Assembly: GCA_964035545.1 (NCBI GenBank)
Contig: OZ037765.1
Span: 20,522,995 to 20,586,994, forward strand
DNA from: Bugula neritina
Taxonomy: Eukaryota > Animalia > Bryozoa
Direction: 5' to 3'
DNA length: 64,000 nucleotides
Below, piece after piece: positions 12,551-27,439 of this stretch; positions within the stretch are counted from its first letter, which is position 1, and every line of letters begins with the position of its first letter. The position numbers were made by a program, and so were the translations under genes. The notes under the pieces are model-generated. The model was not told the origin of the DNA and did not search any database. It saw only the letters and a list, made by a program, of their open reading frames with translations.

Positions 12551-15500
12551 TCAGTCACTTACACTATTGCATAGAGCCATTAATGTGCCACCATTGGAAG
12601 CTGCAGCAGACACCAGATGTAGAGAGTTGAACTTAATATCTATAAGGGCAGGAAATAGGGAGTCCCTGTCCTCGTTACCGAGTCTGCCTCTTGCCTTATT
12701 CCCCCAAGTGTATACTTCTTTACCTTAAATTGCATAAGAGTTGGTTGCATCATATCGGACCAAACAAATGATTGAGTGAACTTCTTAACAACCAAGATGA
12801 AGACATTATGAAGTGAATAGCTTTGCATGATTATTCAAGGGAAAGATCAGTGATGCCATCAGCTTTCATGCACCGTGTACTCAATGCTAATGCAGTCCAA
12901 GTTAACTGGTTACAGGCTAGTTCAGCCAATAAAAATCAACGAACATAAGATTTTCGATTTTCTTGTATTTTGCAGCAAAACACAGGTATTATAGTTCTCA
13001 ATCTTAATTACAAAACTTGGAGAAAATCAAAGCAGCAAAATAAATGAGAAAACAACTCCAAAATGTTTAAAATGAACAAGCATTGGTAAGAAATGTTGGT
13101 ATTTGAAAATGAACGTGCAGTACCATGCGAACCTCCAGAGAAAAGACCTAATTTTTGTAATGCATATTATGTCATACCTTTGGTCACAGCTACAGTGAAA
13201 GTATCCCCACAAGACACGCTGATGACATCTGCTATGGTTTCCACTAAGCACACCTCTCTTGTAGGCTCACTATTACCAATGCCCAGCTGTCCAAATGTAT
13301 TACTACCAAAGGTATAAACCTGTCCTGTAGCTGTTGAAAAATACAAGTAAAAACTAATAAGTGTTTAACTACACCTGAACGCACTCTCTATACTAGAAGC
13401 ATGAAGGAGCTGCTGTATTCTATAATTACATAAATACTCACAAAACTTTAAATAGTATTTTACCACCATACATGGCATACACAAAAATACAAGTATAATT
13501 ATTACGCTTTTTCAAAACTTGAGAGTAATATAAACACACTTTGCAGGGTAATGAATCAGAGAAAAAAATGTTCTTGATATTGTATTGAAAATTTAATAAA
13601 TTGTTGTGGAAACTTACATTCAACTTACATTCGGTGCTGAAAGCTAGAAATATTTTTTATAAAATATATCTAAGCTTTGACTTGATTTGTACAGTTATGG
13701 CTTCCACAAAAATTGTTAATTTTCAACATAATCCTACATTTGCTTTTTGATTACATATGCAATACCACCAACTCCCCACAAGGCAGTAATACAAACTAAT
13801 TAGTTGATTTACAATCAACTCTGAGATTCATGCTAGCAAATTATGCGGCCTATTCTTAAAGTACTGTACAGTGTAACACATACCAGTCAGCACAGCACTG
13901 TGCAGTGTACCCAATGAGAACTGTACTATTTCATTCTGACAAAGAAGCGGGTGGTGCATCTCCGTAAATGTGTATATTGTGTCATTCAACTCCTGTCCTG
14001 GACTGTCCAGCCCCAGTTTATTGTCTCTGTAAGTAAGTGAAGAAGTGCAGATGTTTGCTGTTAGTCTCACACAATGCCTATTAGATGTAACCAGTGAAGT
14101 ATGTAGTACATCAATTTAGTTCTGGTATCATAAGCCTAAATTTTCTACTTTTATTGAAATGGAGACACTTCAAGTTAAGTTATTGAAACTTCACAGTATT
14201 CAAATTCTGTCAACAAGAAATGAACAACTATTCTTTTAAACAGACTGAAGGGCCTTTCTTTTCTATTCTTACAAATATAAAGGCAACATGTGTGGTGAGG
14301 TAACCGTCAACTTACCTGTTACTTCCAGTGCAAAAAGTTCGATGTTCAGCTGTCAAGACTACCGAAGAGTTAAACTCGCACACAACCCTGATAGGTGTAC
14401 AGTCATCTGGTAACGACTGAACTTGCATAGGCTTGTTGTAGCTCGTAGATTCCTCAATGCCGAGGCCTAGGCGACCTTCCATGTATAGAAACTAACTTAA
14501 TTAGTGATGCTACATGAACATAATTTAACCCATACAACATACATATTCAAATTCAACATTTTAAAGTAATCATTAACCTACCTGAATCAGTTTTACCCCA
14601 TGCAAACACTTCATTGTCATTTGTTACAGCCATGATATGCATTGGACCACACGACACATTGATGACTTCATAACCAAGTAACGCCTCGACTATCTTAGCC
14701 TAAAACACATCCTGGTGACAAATTCGAACTCAAGATACAGAAATCTGCAGCAGAATGTACTATACAAAGAATGAGACAATACGCTGACACAGGTAACATA
14801 ATATATGCTCACCTGTGCAACATCTACATTGTCACCGTGACCTAAACAACCATTGGCTCCACTACCAAACGTCATCAGTATGCCCCGATCTACACAAATT
14901 AAACAGCATCATTAAATCAGTATGATACAGAGGTTTCAAGCCTCCATACTAATATCCCCCAACTTTACATTATATGTTCACATGCCCAGAAGAAGTTAGC
15001 AGCTACTAAGTTGTGTGTCTGAAATATAAATGGCCTTGAAATGTTTTTGATCGCAAATAACATCATTTTTTATAAATAATTCTATTCTTTACCAATAGAT
15101 AATAATCATAGAGACATTTTCTCTAGTAATTCCTGAACTTGTAATATGCACAATTTCACGAGGAGAAATAAATGAGAAAATATGACCACTGACTAACTAG
15201 TTATAGGCAGAATTTATAGGAATCATCAGCATACCAGTAACACAGGCTATAAAGAGATCTCCACAAGATACATGCTGTATGGTTACAGCAGATTGACCTT
15301 CTAGTGACCTTGGAATATAAGGATATTCTGTATCCATGCCATATGGTGGACTCTGAAATTACAAGCATAGTGTACACTAAGCGCGCTGAGTGTTCACAAT
15401 TCTAAGTACAAAACATTATCTATATAAAAATAACTTTGACCAACAATCAATCTTGTAATTGCTTACAGCTTGTTGTTACACCAGCAGATAACAAAACTGT

Positions 15501-15564
15501 TAATGCTAGCAACTCCTATTACTTACACTACAATACAAATATAATATAAGTCTATAAAAAATAT

Positions 15565-15635
<71 letters not shown>

Positions 15636-15652
15636 ATATATATGTGTGTATA

Positions 15653-15731
<79 letters not shown>

Positions 15732-15752
15732 ATGTGTATATATATATATATA

Positions 15753-15821
<69 letters not shown>

Positions 15822-18800
15822 TGTATATATTGTAGCGGTACATAATACAAATGTATACCATGTATTACGGCACCTCCTCACCTCCCACACAAACATGGTA
15901 CCACTTTGAGTGACTGCAGCTTTCTGGTTCCGACTACAAGACACTTCTGTGATTTCAGCATCAGCAGAAGGCAGAGGGAGAACTGTTGGCTTTGATATGC
16001 CATTCCCCCAGCACCACACTTTGCTCTGTGGTTTCAGCAGCAAAACAGGGGACTCTACATCTGACTTCATACCTGGAATAAACAACAGCATGTCTCTGCA
16101 TAATGGTGCAGTGAAATACACACAACAGGCCAGGGCTGTGAAAGATGAATGGTAATTTAATAGTAAAATGAGAATATGAAAATAAAAAAATTGATGAGAA
16201 AAAACCAATCCAATTATAAATTCTCATGCCAATATATTTCTCACAATACAGGTGTCCAAGGTAATTCTTAAGGTTTCAACATTTAAATAATTTTAGAACT
16301 TGTAAATTTAAAATTCACAGCTAACTGACCAGTTCTTTATTACAGGATTAAAAAGCTGGAAATTTATTGTGCAGCAGAAAAGTAAACTCTATGATACTGG
16401 AGGGCAATGTTGTTGAGTTGAGTTTAACAGATCTTTGATGCTACTTTTTTTTAAGTTTCTACTTTCAACACTGTGGCATATGATTTTACAGCCTACTAAA
16501 CACTACGTTCTTTAGAATAAAAATCAAGTATTTTGACTTTCTAGTCACACAGTATCCATAAATCATACTTGATTTGGAAGTCACTTTGGCTGTTCTTGCT
16601 TGAGGAGTGATTATTCCTTTCTCTGACCTAAAATAAAACTTTTAAGAAAAAATTTTTTTTTGGAAGAGCAGAACATTTTTTCTAATGTGACACTCAAATA
16701 TGTCAAACATTTAACAGTATGCAGTGGCAGGTCTTTCATGTTGAAACTTAAACAATTGTTTTACAGTTGAACTTTATCATTTTGATAAAACGCACGTTAG
16801 TGTAACTGAAACAAGTATCATTACTAACTACAGCTGGATCTTGCTATGATAACTATTTGTTATACTTACAGTATGAGTAGAATTCAAAATTTAAAAAAGC
16901 TCAGCATAATTTTGTTTATTCAAATAACACATGAACAACCTGGAATGGAGTGTACAGGAAAGAGTTGATAATCGCATAACAGTAATAAAAATGGTATCCT
17001 CCAATACCTAGTTTTACACTGTATACTGCCTATATCTAGCAGCATGAGGGTTGTGTTTATGACAATAGGCTTTGCCATGATCTGGTTAGCATTGGGTCTC
17101 ATATCAGGGTCGAGCTGGAGTAGGTTTAGCACAAGGTCTTTCAACTCTTGAGTGTAGTGCTCAGCGGGAGGGGCAAATGTACCTCTCATAATCTTCATTA
17201 TTAGTGCTGGTAGAGACTGAAGCAAAATGTGCGTAAGCAATAAAACTGGTCAAAGCTACCTGTTTCTCGAAAATTAGTTCAAATGACAATTTTCTTAAGC
17301 TTAAAGAATCGTTAGGCAGATATATTTGATATAATTTTTATAATTGTACTATAAAGAAATTATAAGTAGTGGAGTCGTTAAACAGCTAGAGATAAAATCT
17401 TATTACTACTAACAATTAATTTAAAGAAAATCTGAGTCGATAACTTGTTGGTGCAGAAACAATACCCTGAGAGAGTTTCACTGATGTACTAACCGGAGCT
17501 TCAAATGCTTTCTTCAGAGTTAATATCTCATAGAGTATGCAGCCCAAGGCCCAGATATCGCTCTTCTGATTGTATGGTTTACCTTCACAGAGTTCAGGAG
17601 ATATGTAGCACGGAGTACCTACCACCTGTAAATAAGTCACACCACGGGTGTCTCAACAAAGCAGTGCTATTATATGAGAAAGTAGTGTATGACTGATTTT
17701 ATTCCCTTTTATATCAACTGGCTGTCTGGTCATATTTTATTTTTATTTAATGTGTCCCTTTAATTTAGTGCAAAAAATTAAAAATCAAAAATGTTGAATA
17801 AAATTAAAAATGCCTATGATTTAAATTAGGATATCATTAATCAGAATCGCAGTAAAAATTTATTTACAGTAATTCTAAGACAAAAACAACCACTGTCATA
17901 TGAAAATAACTTACTGAAACAGCATTGCTTTTTGTGAGGACTTTTGATATGCCAAAGTCTACAATTTTTACAATCTTTTTAGTTTTGTCGAGTAAAATAT
18001 TCTGAGTTTTGAGATCTCTGTGAAGTATTTGTTTGGAGTGTATATGTTGGATAGCCAGTAGTAGTTGGGTGAAGTATTTTAATATTTCCAGTTCTTCTAT
18101 TAGTTTTGTTGATGTTTGCAGAAACTCGAAAAGTGTGCCCCCTGCAAGACCAAAAGCATGCACAAACTAACATTGCAATCAGTAAAGGTATATCAAGAAT
18201 GGCATTGTCTGTAACAGTTACATTATATGGCAGAGAACAATAAAACTGTAACGGTATGATAAACTAATTGGATTATATATTATTTAAACTTTTAAAATTT
18301 AATCCATATATTTCCGAACATCAATACCATTTACAGCTCAGATACACTTTGCCGTAACGTCAAATATTAGCCAGTTTTAATGTGTTCGGGCTAAAGTTCT
18401 CAAAGTCCGCTATTGGGTAATATTTATAACACCTCGTCGGACATTTATATCGAATGAATTGATGCAGAACGACTCCTTGTCCAATAGGAGCCTGACATAA
18501 TTTTTGTAATCAAGCAGGGTTTGATCTTCAACATACCGCAGTATTGTATGGTCATCTTGGACGGTTTTAAAAATGGCTGTTTGATGTTACCATTTGACAT
18601 TACGGAAAAGTATGTCTGAGGGGTTATAACTTATATGTGAATATTTATTCAAATTAAGAGGCCTTAGCAAGCAATATCAGTGAGTATGGTTACCTTCAGC
18701 GTATTCCATAACTATCATAAGTGCTGCTTGTTCCAAAAAATTCTCGTAATATTTTATGATATTTGGATGGCTTAAAATAGACAAGACCTTGACTTCATTT

Positions 18801-19049
18801 AGAGCAGCTATCCTTTCTTCTTTTGTCATGGCATCTACTGGAATCTGCTTCATTATGGAGAGGCTCTTGTCTGATATAGACTGCACAAGATGCACCACAC
18901 TAAAACACATAACCACAAACAAAAATAATAAATTTTAAAACTTACTTTTCTTTCTATTGCTTCAAAAAATTGTAAAACTTTGAAAAAAAAACGTCCACTC
19001 ACCCAAATGCTCCACGTCCTACCACCTTAATTTTTTCATATTTTTCCAT
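12551..19049 (-). CDS. NEK8: Serine/threonine kinase NEK8 (NIMA kinase + RCC1 repeats), 14 coding exons, ~670 aa
   Basis: Exons (minus) 19049-19003, 18899-18694, 18141-17915, 17625-17494, 17216-17008, 16627-16569, 16072-15882, 15352-15235, 14889-14813, 14699-14582, 14475-14316, 14026-13884, 13330-13178, 12723-12551; total 2013 nt, in frame. N-terminus [59 protein letters not shown]1 repeats ([25 protein letters not shown]). Confidence 0.96.
15568..15820. repeat. Compound (TA)n/(TG)n microsatellite, ~250 bp
   Basis: Visible TATATA array in a NEK8 intron; accounts for the YIYI ORFs. Confidence 0.97.
18424..18629. mobile_element. Possible decayed MITE in NEK8 intron
   Basis: Imperfect inverted ends TTATAACACCTC..GGACAT / ATGTCTGAGGGGTTATAA around a somewhat more CpG-rich ~200-bp segment. 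Confidence 0.3.
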
Positions 19050-22000
19050 TCTGGTTCACTCAAACACTTCAGTTGTATCTGAAAATCAATAACAACAAAT
19101 TAGATAGATATGTAACTTACTGGCCCATGTATGCCTGTAAAAAAAACAAAATAAATATTTGACGATGACATAATTGGTGCCTCAGGTGAGTCAGATAACT
19201 CAAAAAACTATTAAAAATAGAACTACTAAGTAATAAGCAAAATGAATATATAAAAAGCCCAGGGAATAATATCTTTATAAAAGTTGAAAATTGAACATCA
19301 CCATGTCTAATAAAGGACTATATGTCTAAAACTGAGGGTAAAAACTAAAGTCTTGAGCAAATAATCTATGCAGCATAAAGTTAAACAATGAAAAGCAAAC
19401 TGAAATTTAACGATCGATAAGCCTAAATTATTATTATTATTATTATTGATAGTCATAGTAATACTTAAGCACTCACAGTTACACTTGAAGGCCCACAGTT
19501 TGCTTTATAATTGGCTAATCAGCAATTAAACTTGCTATATTGGTACTCATACTCACCAGTCATGATCATAGTTATAGGGTGATGCTGATGGCTATGACAT
19601 TTTTATTTTCAACCATTAAATTATCAATTACATTTATGATTTAATTCTTTCAACTTTATAGTTTAAGTAATTAGCAGTTTTAATTATATAAACATTTTAT
19701 TCAACATTTGATTATTATAAATATTACTAATTACTCACTGTTGGTCTAATTAAACCAATACTAATAGTTATAGTAATGCTAATAGTATTACAGTAATGGC
19801 TACAGTAAGCGTAAAAATATAACTAAATGAAATCATTATCAAAATGCAATAGTTATGCTTATGCTTATAGTTATACTTATAGTGACGTACTATTATTAGG
19901 TATAAACTATAAAGTAATAGTATAGCTACTACTGTACTAGTAATACCAGTACTAACAGGATTACTAACAGTTAAGGTAGCACTAATAGTAATAATTACAG
20001 TAAAAGCAAAACTATTAGTATTAGTATTACTGAGTAATGGTAATACTAATAGTAAATGTAATACTTATAGTTATACTTATAACTTATAGTAATGACTGAA
20101 AGCAAGTTTTGTATTTCTTTTCAGCACTTCAGTTCAGCTTCCTAACTCTTATTTTTTCAGTAATATTTATACTAATAGTATAGACTAATAGTAAATGCAA
20201 CATTTAAAATTAAACTACTTATACCAATACCTAGTCTTATACTTAAACTTATACTATAAATATAACTATAACTATTACTATAACTATAAGTTATAGTTAT
20301 ATTTATACTTAATCTTATAGTTAAAGTTTAAGTTATGTATACTCGCTTATACTTATACTGTAATTAAACATCAACTTTAGCACAAAGATTGATGACTACT
20401 GTTTAGGTATTTTGTGGTAATACTAATAGAAATAATAATACTGAGTAATACTAATAGTAATAGTAATAATCTTGAGTCTTTTGCTTACCAAAGTTATTAA
20501 TTTTGTTACCGGATTTGCAATTTTAGTGTCTATTGGTGATAGTTATGTATGCGGTACGTAGGCAAATTAAATGACCGATTGGTTTTACAGAATGTTTAAT
20601 TTTAGTTTTTGTAAAAACATATTTTACAAATTAAAAAATAATTAAAATATAAAAAATGATCGTTGTCGAGATGGTTGATCAATAATGTTAAATTTAATGA
20701 GGACCTGTTTCACTGCAACAGAGTTGTCTGTACTATAGCTACGAGCCACTGCCTAGGCCCTAGTACAACGGCTCCGAATATAATATTATTTTATTGCGTA
20801 TTGTTGGATGCTATTGTAGCATGATAGAAATTAGAAACTATAGCCTTTCGAATCCCTGGCACTCTAATACGGTATTGAAATATTCATAATTATATATATC
20901 TTATCTAAATACTGTTTGAGTGTTGTATACCCAAACAATTAATTTAGCTTATAGAAAGTTATGTGCTCAAATGCTCCCCCCTCCCCCCCCCCCCCCATTA
21001 TTTCAGAATTTCAGATTTCTGCCTTCATAATATGACGTTTTCAATTCTTGTGTTTTATATGTAAACAATACTTCATATTGATCGAGGACTGGCGTTGCTT
21101 GCTATTTTTAGCAGATGCAACACACCTATCAATCACTGAACTGATTTAGAAGTTTAAAACTCAAACTACAGGCACTGTGTATTAATGAAAAGACAAATGA
21201 AACAAAAGTAAAAGTTTGAACCACAAGAATTCATCTTTACATAGGTGCATCTAATGGCATGTACATTTATTTTCGGAACCTTAAATGCGTTTTTCTCCCA
21301 AAAATTGCTTAAAGCTTCTAAACTTGCAAATCACAGTTGATATAAATGCCAAGCTGCTATACTCTTAAAACCATGGGAACTGAAGTAGTAGCATTACAAT
21401 TACATTTTATATAGGTATCCTAACCTAATAGATAGCTTTAAAATGTATTATGTTGGTAAATTGTCAAATATTTCTATATTTCCACAGCAAAGGGGTTCAA
21501 CATCAGTTAGATTGTTAGTGAAGCTTACACTATACACAGTATGGACAAAATTTTATTATTGTTATTGTGTAAAATATAAGGTGAGCTGTTATACAAGAAT
21601 GTAGTAGTGGTATGTATAAGACAAAAGCAACATGCAAGTTGATATTGCAAAATAATATAACAGTTTATGTATTGAGCTTGGTACAAATATTTAATAAATT
21701 ATAAAAAATAGTTTCACATGAAATATAAAGCTAGTAATATGCAAAAGAGTGTCTTAAAAATAGAATCAACAGTGCCTGTTAATATAAACACCGCATATAG
21801 GTTATAAATATACTCAGAAAACAAACTATGGAATTGGGCATATAAAAAACTTTATATGATTTTCATGATCTTGTGTACTATAAATAGAAATGAGAAAAAA
21901 TAAATAGAAGCGCCAAACTACCATTATATCGTCATTGAGAAAACGCAGAAATAGATTCCCTATTTCAAGATTTTTAAGAGGCCTGGGCTTTGGGGCCTGG

Positions 22001-22127
22001 GGCTTGGTAATGTCTAAAGTTACTAACTGAGAATTCCTTTTAAAATATAACTTAGATAAATTAGCCAGAACTTACTGAAAAAAGTGAATGCTATTTTAAA
22101 ATTTATTGTGTTGAACAATAAACTAAA

Positions 22128-23491
22128 TTAGATAACAGGGAAGTAAGTAATTGGTTGTCTTCGCCCACGAACAAACATGACAAGAACTTTGACAAGTCCA
22201 AGAACAACTGTAATGCTTAGTAGCACTATTGTATATATGAGATATGGGGCTGGATTTGAAGGGTCAAACTGTTTTGACAGCACACCAGAAAGTGCTACTA
22301 GGAGAACAACATATGGCATGAAGAGGTACCGCAGATATCTGTCAAAAAAGAAAGTTTCCATCACAAACAAGATGACCAGCTCTCCTGTCAGTATCCCAAG
22401 AGCTACCCATGCACAGGTTACAGGGTTCACTCCAGCTACATGCTGTAAGGAGATGGCTAGGTTAAGAAGACTAGCAATTGTGGTCCATGTACCATAAATG
22501 CCAATACCGTTGAGAGTAAATATTCTTGTCATCCAGATATCTTTGCCAAGGTCAGATGATTCCAAGTTGGCAGCAGCATGGTCCAAATATTTGCATATAA
22601 TTATCCCACAGATGTACAGAGAAATAGCAATGACAAAGAGAACAACAGTGCTGGCCACCAACAACTCTCGATCAAACATAAAAATCCATGTAATATTAGC
22701 ACAATTGTTAATGATGTAGAAGATGTAGAAAGAAAAGTGAATGTGACTTGGATTGGCATTGTACAGATATTCACCCTGTTTGTTTTTTCGACAGATTAAG
22801 GTGAAGCTGTAGATAATGTGAATAAACTGCCAGATATATATTGCTCCCCAAATTGAGAATGTCCATCCTGCTGCCGTAATAAGAATATCGTACTTGTCAG
22901 AAACTTTTTCTGCCGTACTTTTAAATAATCCTGGAAAGCAACACAGTGGACTCGAGATTTAGCAATGCAATAATTAAATATTGAATTATTATTAAATATT
23001 ATTAAATACAAATAATATAATTAAATTAGTATTAAAATATATTAAATATTTAACTGTATATTAAAACAAGCATTACATCACCAGCTTCAGCTAATTAATC
23101 AAATTAACTGGCAACTACCATTTAGTTTACAGAGAAGCCAATTCAGTTATGTAATTATGTATAAGTATAAAGTATTCATATAGTAAAAGTGTTGCAGAGT
23201 TAAAACATAATTATATTTGTAAATTTAAAGAAGTCAATCATTGAAATGCTGATTGCAAGCAGCTGAATTTCTACCAGTAATCATACCATCTGAGTTGAGT
23301 GAATTGCATTGTCATGTGTACTAGGTTCATCAATAATATTATATGTTATAATAACATTTACCTGTGCTGACTCCAATATTAGAGGAAGAAAGATAGTTGA
23401 TAACAACCACGCCCGCAAAAAATACTCCATGTGCTATAATCAATGCTAGTTTCCAAAATGAATGCTTTCCTTCATTTTCACCTTCCTTCAT
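22128..23491 (-). CDS. Uncharacterised multi-pass membrane protein (TspO/MBR-related 'TPAGWTFSIWG' type), tandem copy 1, ~310 aa
   Basis: Exons 23491-23362 and 22930-22128 (933 nt, in frame). MKEGENEGKHSFWKLALIIAHG...VSDKYDILITAAGWTFSIWGAIYIWQ; many hydrophobic segments. Family link is from motif recall, not a search. Confidence 0.85.
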
Positions 23492-26161
23492 TGTTCCTAT
23501 AATATTTATATTAACGTTGACAATAATTTAGTTCTTAAAACCAAAGACAGTGTTAACCTCTTTTATAGAAATTGCCAAAATATAGCAAAACAATGACCAC
23601 TGAGTAATGTTATCAAAAACTTGCACTACCAAAAACATTGCTATATCAAAAAGCACGTAGAAACTATAAAATTATACATGCTAGCTGAATAGTTTTGCCA
23701 AAGCAACAACTAAATTTTTGCTTCTTGTTGATATTACAGATTAATTATAATTTTAAATGCAAATCACACATAGAAAATTCAAATAGCAGCAAAAATGATG
23801 AATTACTTCAATCTATATTATTCTAATATGGATACATTTGCTCGTGCTATGGCCACTGTTTGGTTCAACTCTTCAAGAAAATAAAAAAATTTGTTTGATA
23901 AACAAAGCACAGGTAGAATACAGTCATCAGCCAACACCTACACGCTAATCTTAGTTTAGGAACTGTAAATTTATTAAACTTTTGAATGTACAAACCTGTG
24001 AGATTTTTATTTAAAAGATTAATAAAAGGTTTTGAGCAGCAAATATATAACTTTACTAGTGTGCAGCTGGTAGTTGAATAGAGCAGATCGCTTTTGTCAG
24101 TTAATAAAAATGTGTAATGAATGGCTAACTCCATTGTGCTAGGCCTTTCTACTTACAAAAGGAAACATTACATAAGCATTGATTGTATTGTGCTGTGCTT
24201 ATATAAGCATCGCAAATTGGCATGATATTCTAAAACACCAGCATTCATAAAATGCATTTTAGTATTGCATATCTCTCTCAATAATAATAGATTAGAATTT
24301 AAAGGGGTGTTGAATGACACTCAGCATAATATAACTTACACAATAATAAGGCATGTTTTTGTCACATGTTGGTATTCGAGCACGGGTTCAAAATATCTGC
24401 TCAGCAAATTTTTATTGCAATCAAAAATCTACTAATTGCTATGATTGATGATTAACTGGAGCTTATTTCACCTTTGAGTCAAAACATTTCTCAGTGTAGT
24501 TTAATCAGAATAAAACAAAACTTAGGGCATTTGTTTTTCATTTAATAAAAAATCATTTGATTTGTCATGATACTAAAGTCCCTAGCACTATCTTCTGAGT
24601 GAAAAACATGGCAAAGCTGGTGATTACAAATTAAAGTTACATTGAAAGTTACACCTGGCTGCATAATTATGTAAAAATTGTGAGACAATATTTTTTCACC
24701 AAGAATATAAGCACTGGCTGAAGATATGAACTTGAGCTATATTTTAGAAAAATTTCGAACATTATTCTACATCTACCACCAGTTTCAGAAAATTGTGTTT
24801 GTATACACCAGCCTACTCTTGTTTAGTTAAATTATCTATATAATTTCTACTAAGAGTTGGGAGGTGAAAGGCTACACAGGCAAATTGTTGTATTGCTTAG
24901 TAATTACAAACATTATTTGAATCCCTGCACATTTAGAAGCCTATAAATGGTGTCTGTAAGTCTCTACAATCATTGTGGGCCCCTATTTAGAAAAAGTTTC
25001 TTGCTTTTTACCAAAGGCCGATGCACTTCTGTTTCTCAGGAATAGAGCATATGTGAGTGGTTATCAAAGTCTTTCATAGATGTCAAGAGCACAAAAATAT
25101 CATTCCAGTGTTTATTGCGTACTTAGATTATGCATGTAGTGTAGAATAACAGTGAGCAAATACACGTTATTTATCACGTGCTATGTTATAACACAAGTTG
25201 TTAAGTGTTTTGCTCCGATAAGCACTACTCTAATGGTTCAATGGCCTCACATTCCTAATTTGACCCCATGTATTGTGCCTTAGAGCATTCAGTATCCGTA
25301 TGATTGTTTAAGGTGAGCTCTTGTTTACTGCTCTACTCGAATGGACGTGGCAAGTGAGGTTGTTGCTTAACTACTCGGAGTCCTACTACGTTATAAATGT
25401 ATTCATATAGGCTTTATATTTAGCTGCCCTTGTCATAGGAGAGTTACTGCTGCTACAGAGTCAAAATGGTGTCAAGATTGCAAATTGCAAATTACAAAGC
25501 AGCAGGCAGTAAATAGCACTCTGCTAACTTGGAATCAACATTAACAAATGGTTTTAACATCAGTAGTATTATTCGTGAATTTGTAAGCTTCCACAGTATA
25601 AAGAGAATGGTTTCATTGCAACTGTATAATAGTCTACTAGTGTATAGAATGCATGTAAGGTAAGCTGATAAAAATATAGTTGTAGGTATAAGACATGAGC
25701 AACTCATGCAAGATATTTTAATGTTTATTGAGCTTATTGGTACAAACATATATTGAATTGAAAAATAAAGTTTCATATGCATGAGTTATAAAACTGGCAA
25801 AATGCAAAATTGCTTTAGAAAAGAATCAAGAGTGACTGTTGATGGGTCATAAATACTCAGAAAAACTAACTGTTGTATTGTACATATAAAAGGCTTAACA
25901 TTTCTTTCATAAATATATAGAAATTGGAATAAAAATGAATGGAAGCACTTTAAAATATCTTCATCGTCATTGAGGAAAAGCAGAAATAGATTTTCTATTT
26001 CTATGATTATAAATTGAAATAGGTATTTACACTGGGGTAAGGTAATATTTACAGTTTGCTAACTGGAAACAGCTGTTGAAAATAACTTACACATAACTTG
26101 GTCAGAAATTATTGAAAAAAGATTCAAACTGAATTTAAATAATTTTGTGTGTGGAGCTAGA

Positions 26162-27439
26162 TTAGACAGCAGTGAAGTAAGTAATTGGTTGTCTTCGCCC
26201 ACGAACAAACATGACAAGAACTTTGACAAGTCCAAGAACAACTGTAATGCTTAGTAGCACTATTGTATATATGAGATATGGGGCTGGATTTGAAGGGTCA
26301 AACTGTTTTGACAGCACACCAAAAAATGCTACTATGAGAACAACATATGGTGTGAAGAGGTATCGCAGATATCTGTCAAAAAAGAAAGTTTCCATCACAA
26401 ACCAGATGACCAGTTCCCCTGTCAGTATCCCAAGAGCTACCCATGCACAGGTTACAGGGTTCACTCCAGCTACATGCTGTAAGGAGATGGCTAGGTTAAG
26501 AAGACTAGCAATGCTGGTCCATGTACCATAAATGCCAATACCGTTGAGAGTAAATATTCTTGTCATCCAGATATCCTTGCCAAGGTCAGACGATTCCAAG
26601 TTCGAAGCGGCATGGTCCAAATATTTGCATATAATTATCCCACAGATGTACAGAGAAATAGCAATGACAAAGAGAACAACAGTGCTGGCCACCAACAACT
26701 CTCGATCAAACATAAAGATCCATGCAATATTAACACAATTGTTGATCATGTAGATGATGTAGAAAGAAAAATGAATGTGACTTGGATTGGCATTGTACAG
26801 ATATTCACCCTGTTTGTTTTTACGACAGATTAAGGTGAAGCTGTAGATAATGTGAATGAACTGCCAGATATATATTGCTGCCCATATTGTGAATGTCCAT
26901 CCTGCTGGAGATATAAGAATTTCATACTTGTCCGCAACATCTCCAGTGCTACTTTTATATAATCCTAAAAAGTATAACAGTGAACTTGAGATTCAGCCAT
27001 GTAGTATTATTAAACCGTACATTAAAACAAGTCAGGAGTTATTTCACTAGCTTTAGCTATCAAGTTTGTACATGTGTGACAGAATAGTGAGACCAATGAA
27101 CTTAAAACATCTTATAGTTATAGTTCAATGGGCGAGACTAACTAACTTCATAATCATCACTGCATGCATCAATCTTCTGTTTTATAGATAGCAGCAGCTT
27201 ACTAATTCATTTGATTAAATTACATTATGCACCATACCTAAGTTTTCCGAAGCGAGTGAAATGCATTTGCATAGTGCATGTATTGTCTATCAATAATCCT
27301 GTGTGTGATAACACTTACCTGAGCTGACTCCAACATTAGAGGAAGAAAGATAGTTGATGGCAAGCACTCCCACAAAAACCACTCCGTGTGCTATAATCAA
27401 TGCTAGTTTCCAAAATGAATGCTTTCCTCTCTCCTTCAT
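26162..27439 (-). CDS. Uncharacterised multi-pass membrane protein, tandem copy 2, ~307 aa
   Basis: Exons 27439-27319 and 26964-26162 (924 nt, in frame). MKERGKHSFWKL...VADKYEILISPAGWTFTIWAAIYIWQ; near-identical to copy 1. Confidence 0.85.

Noticed and set aside
15506-15909. Several YIYI-rich ORFs
   Set aside because: Translations of the (TA)n microsatellite; only 15882-16072 is a real NEK8 exon.
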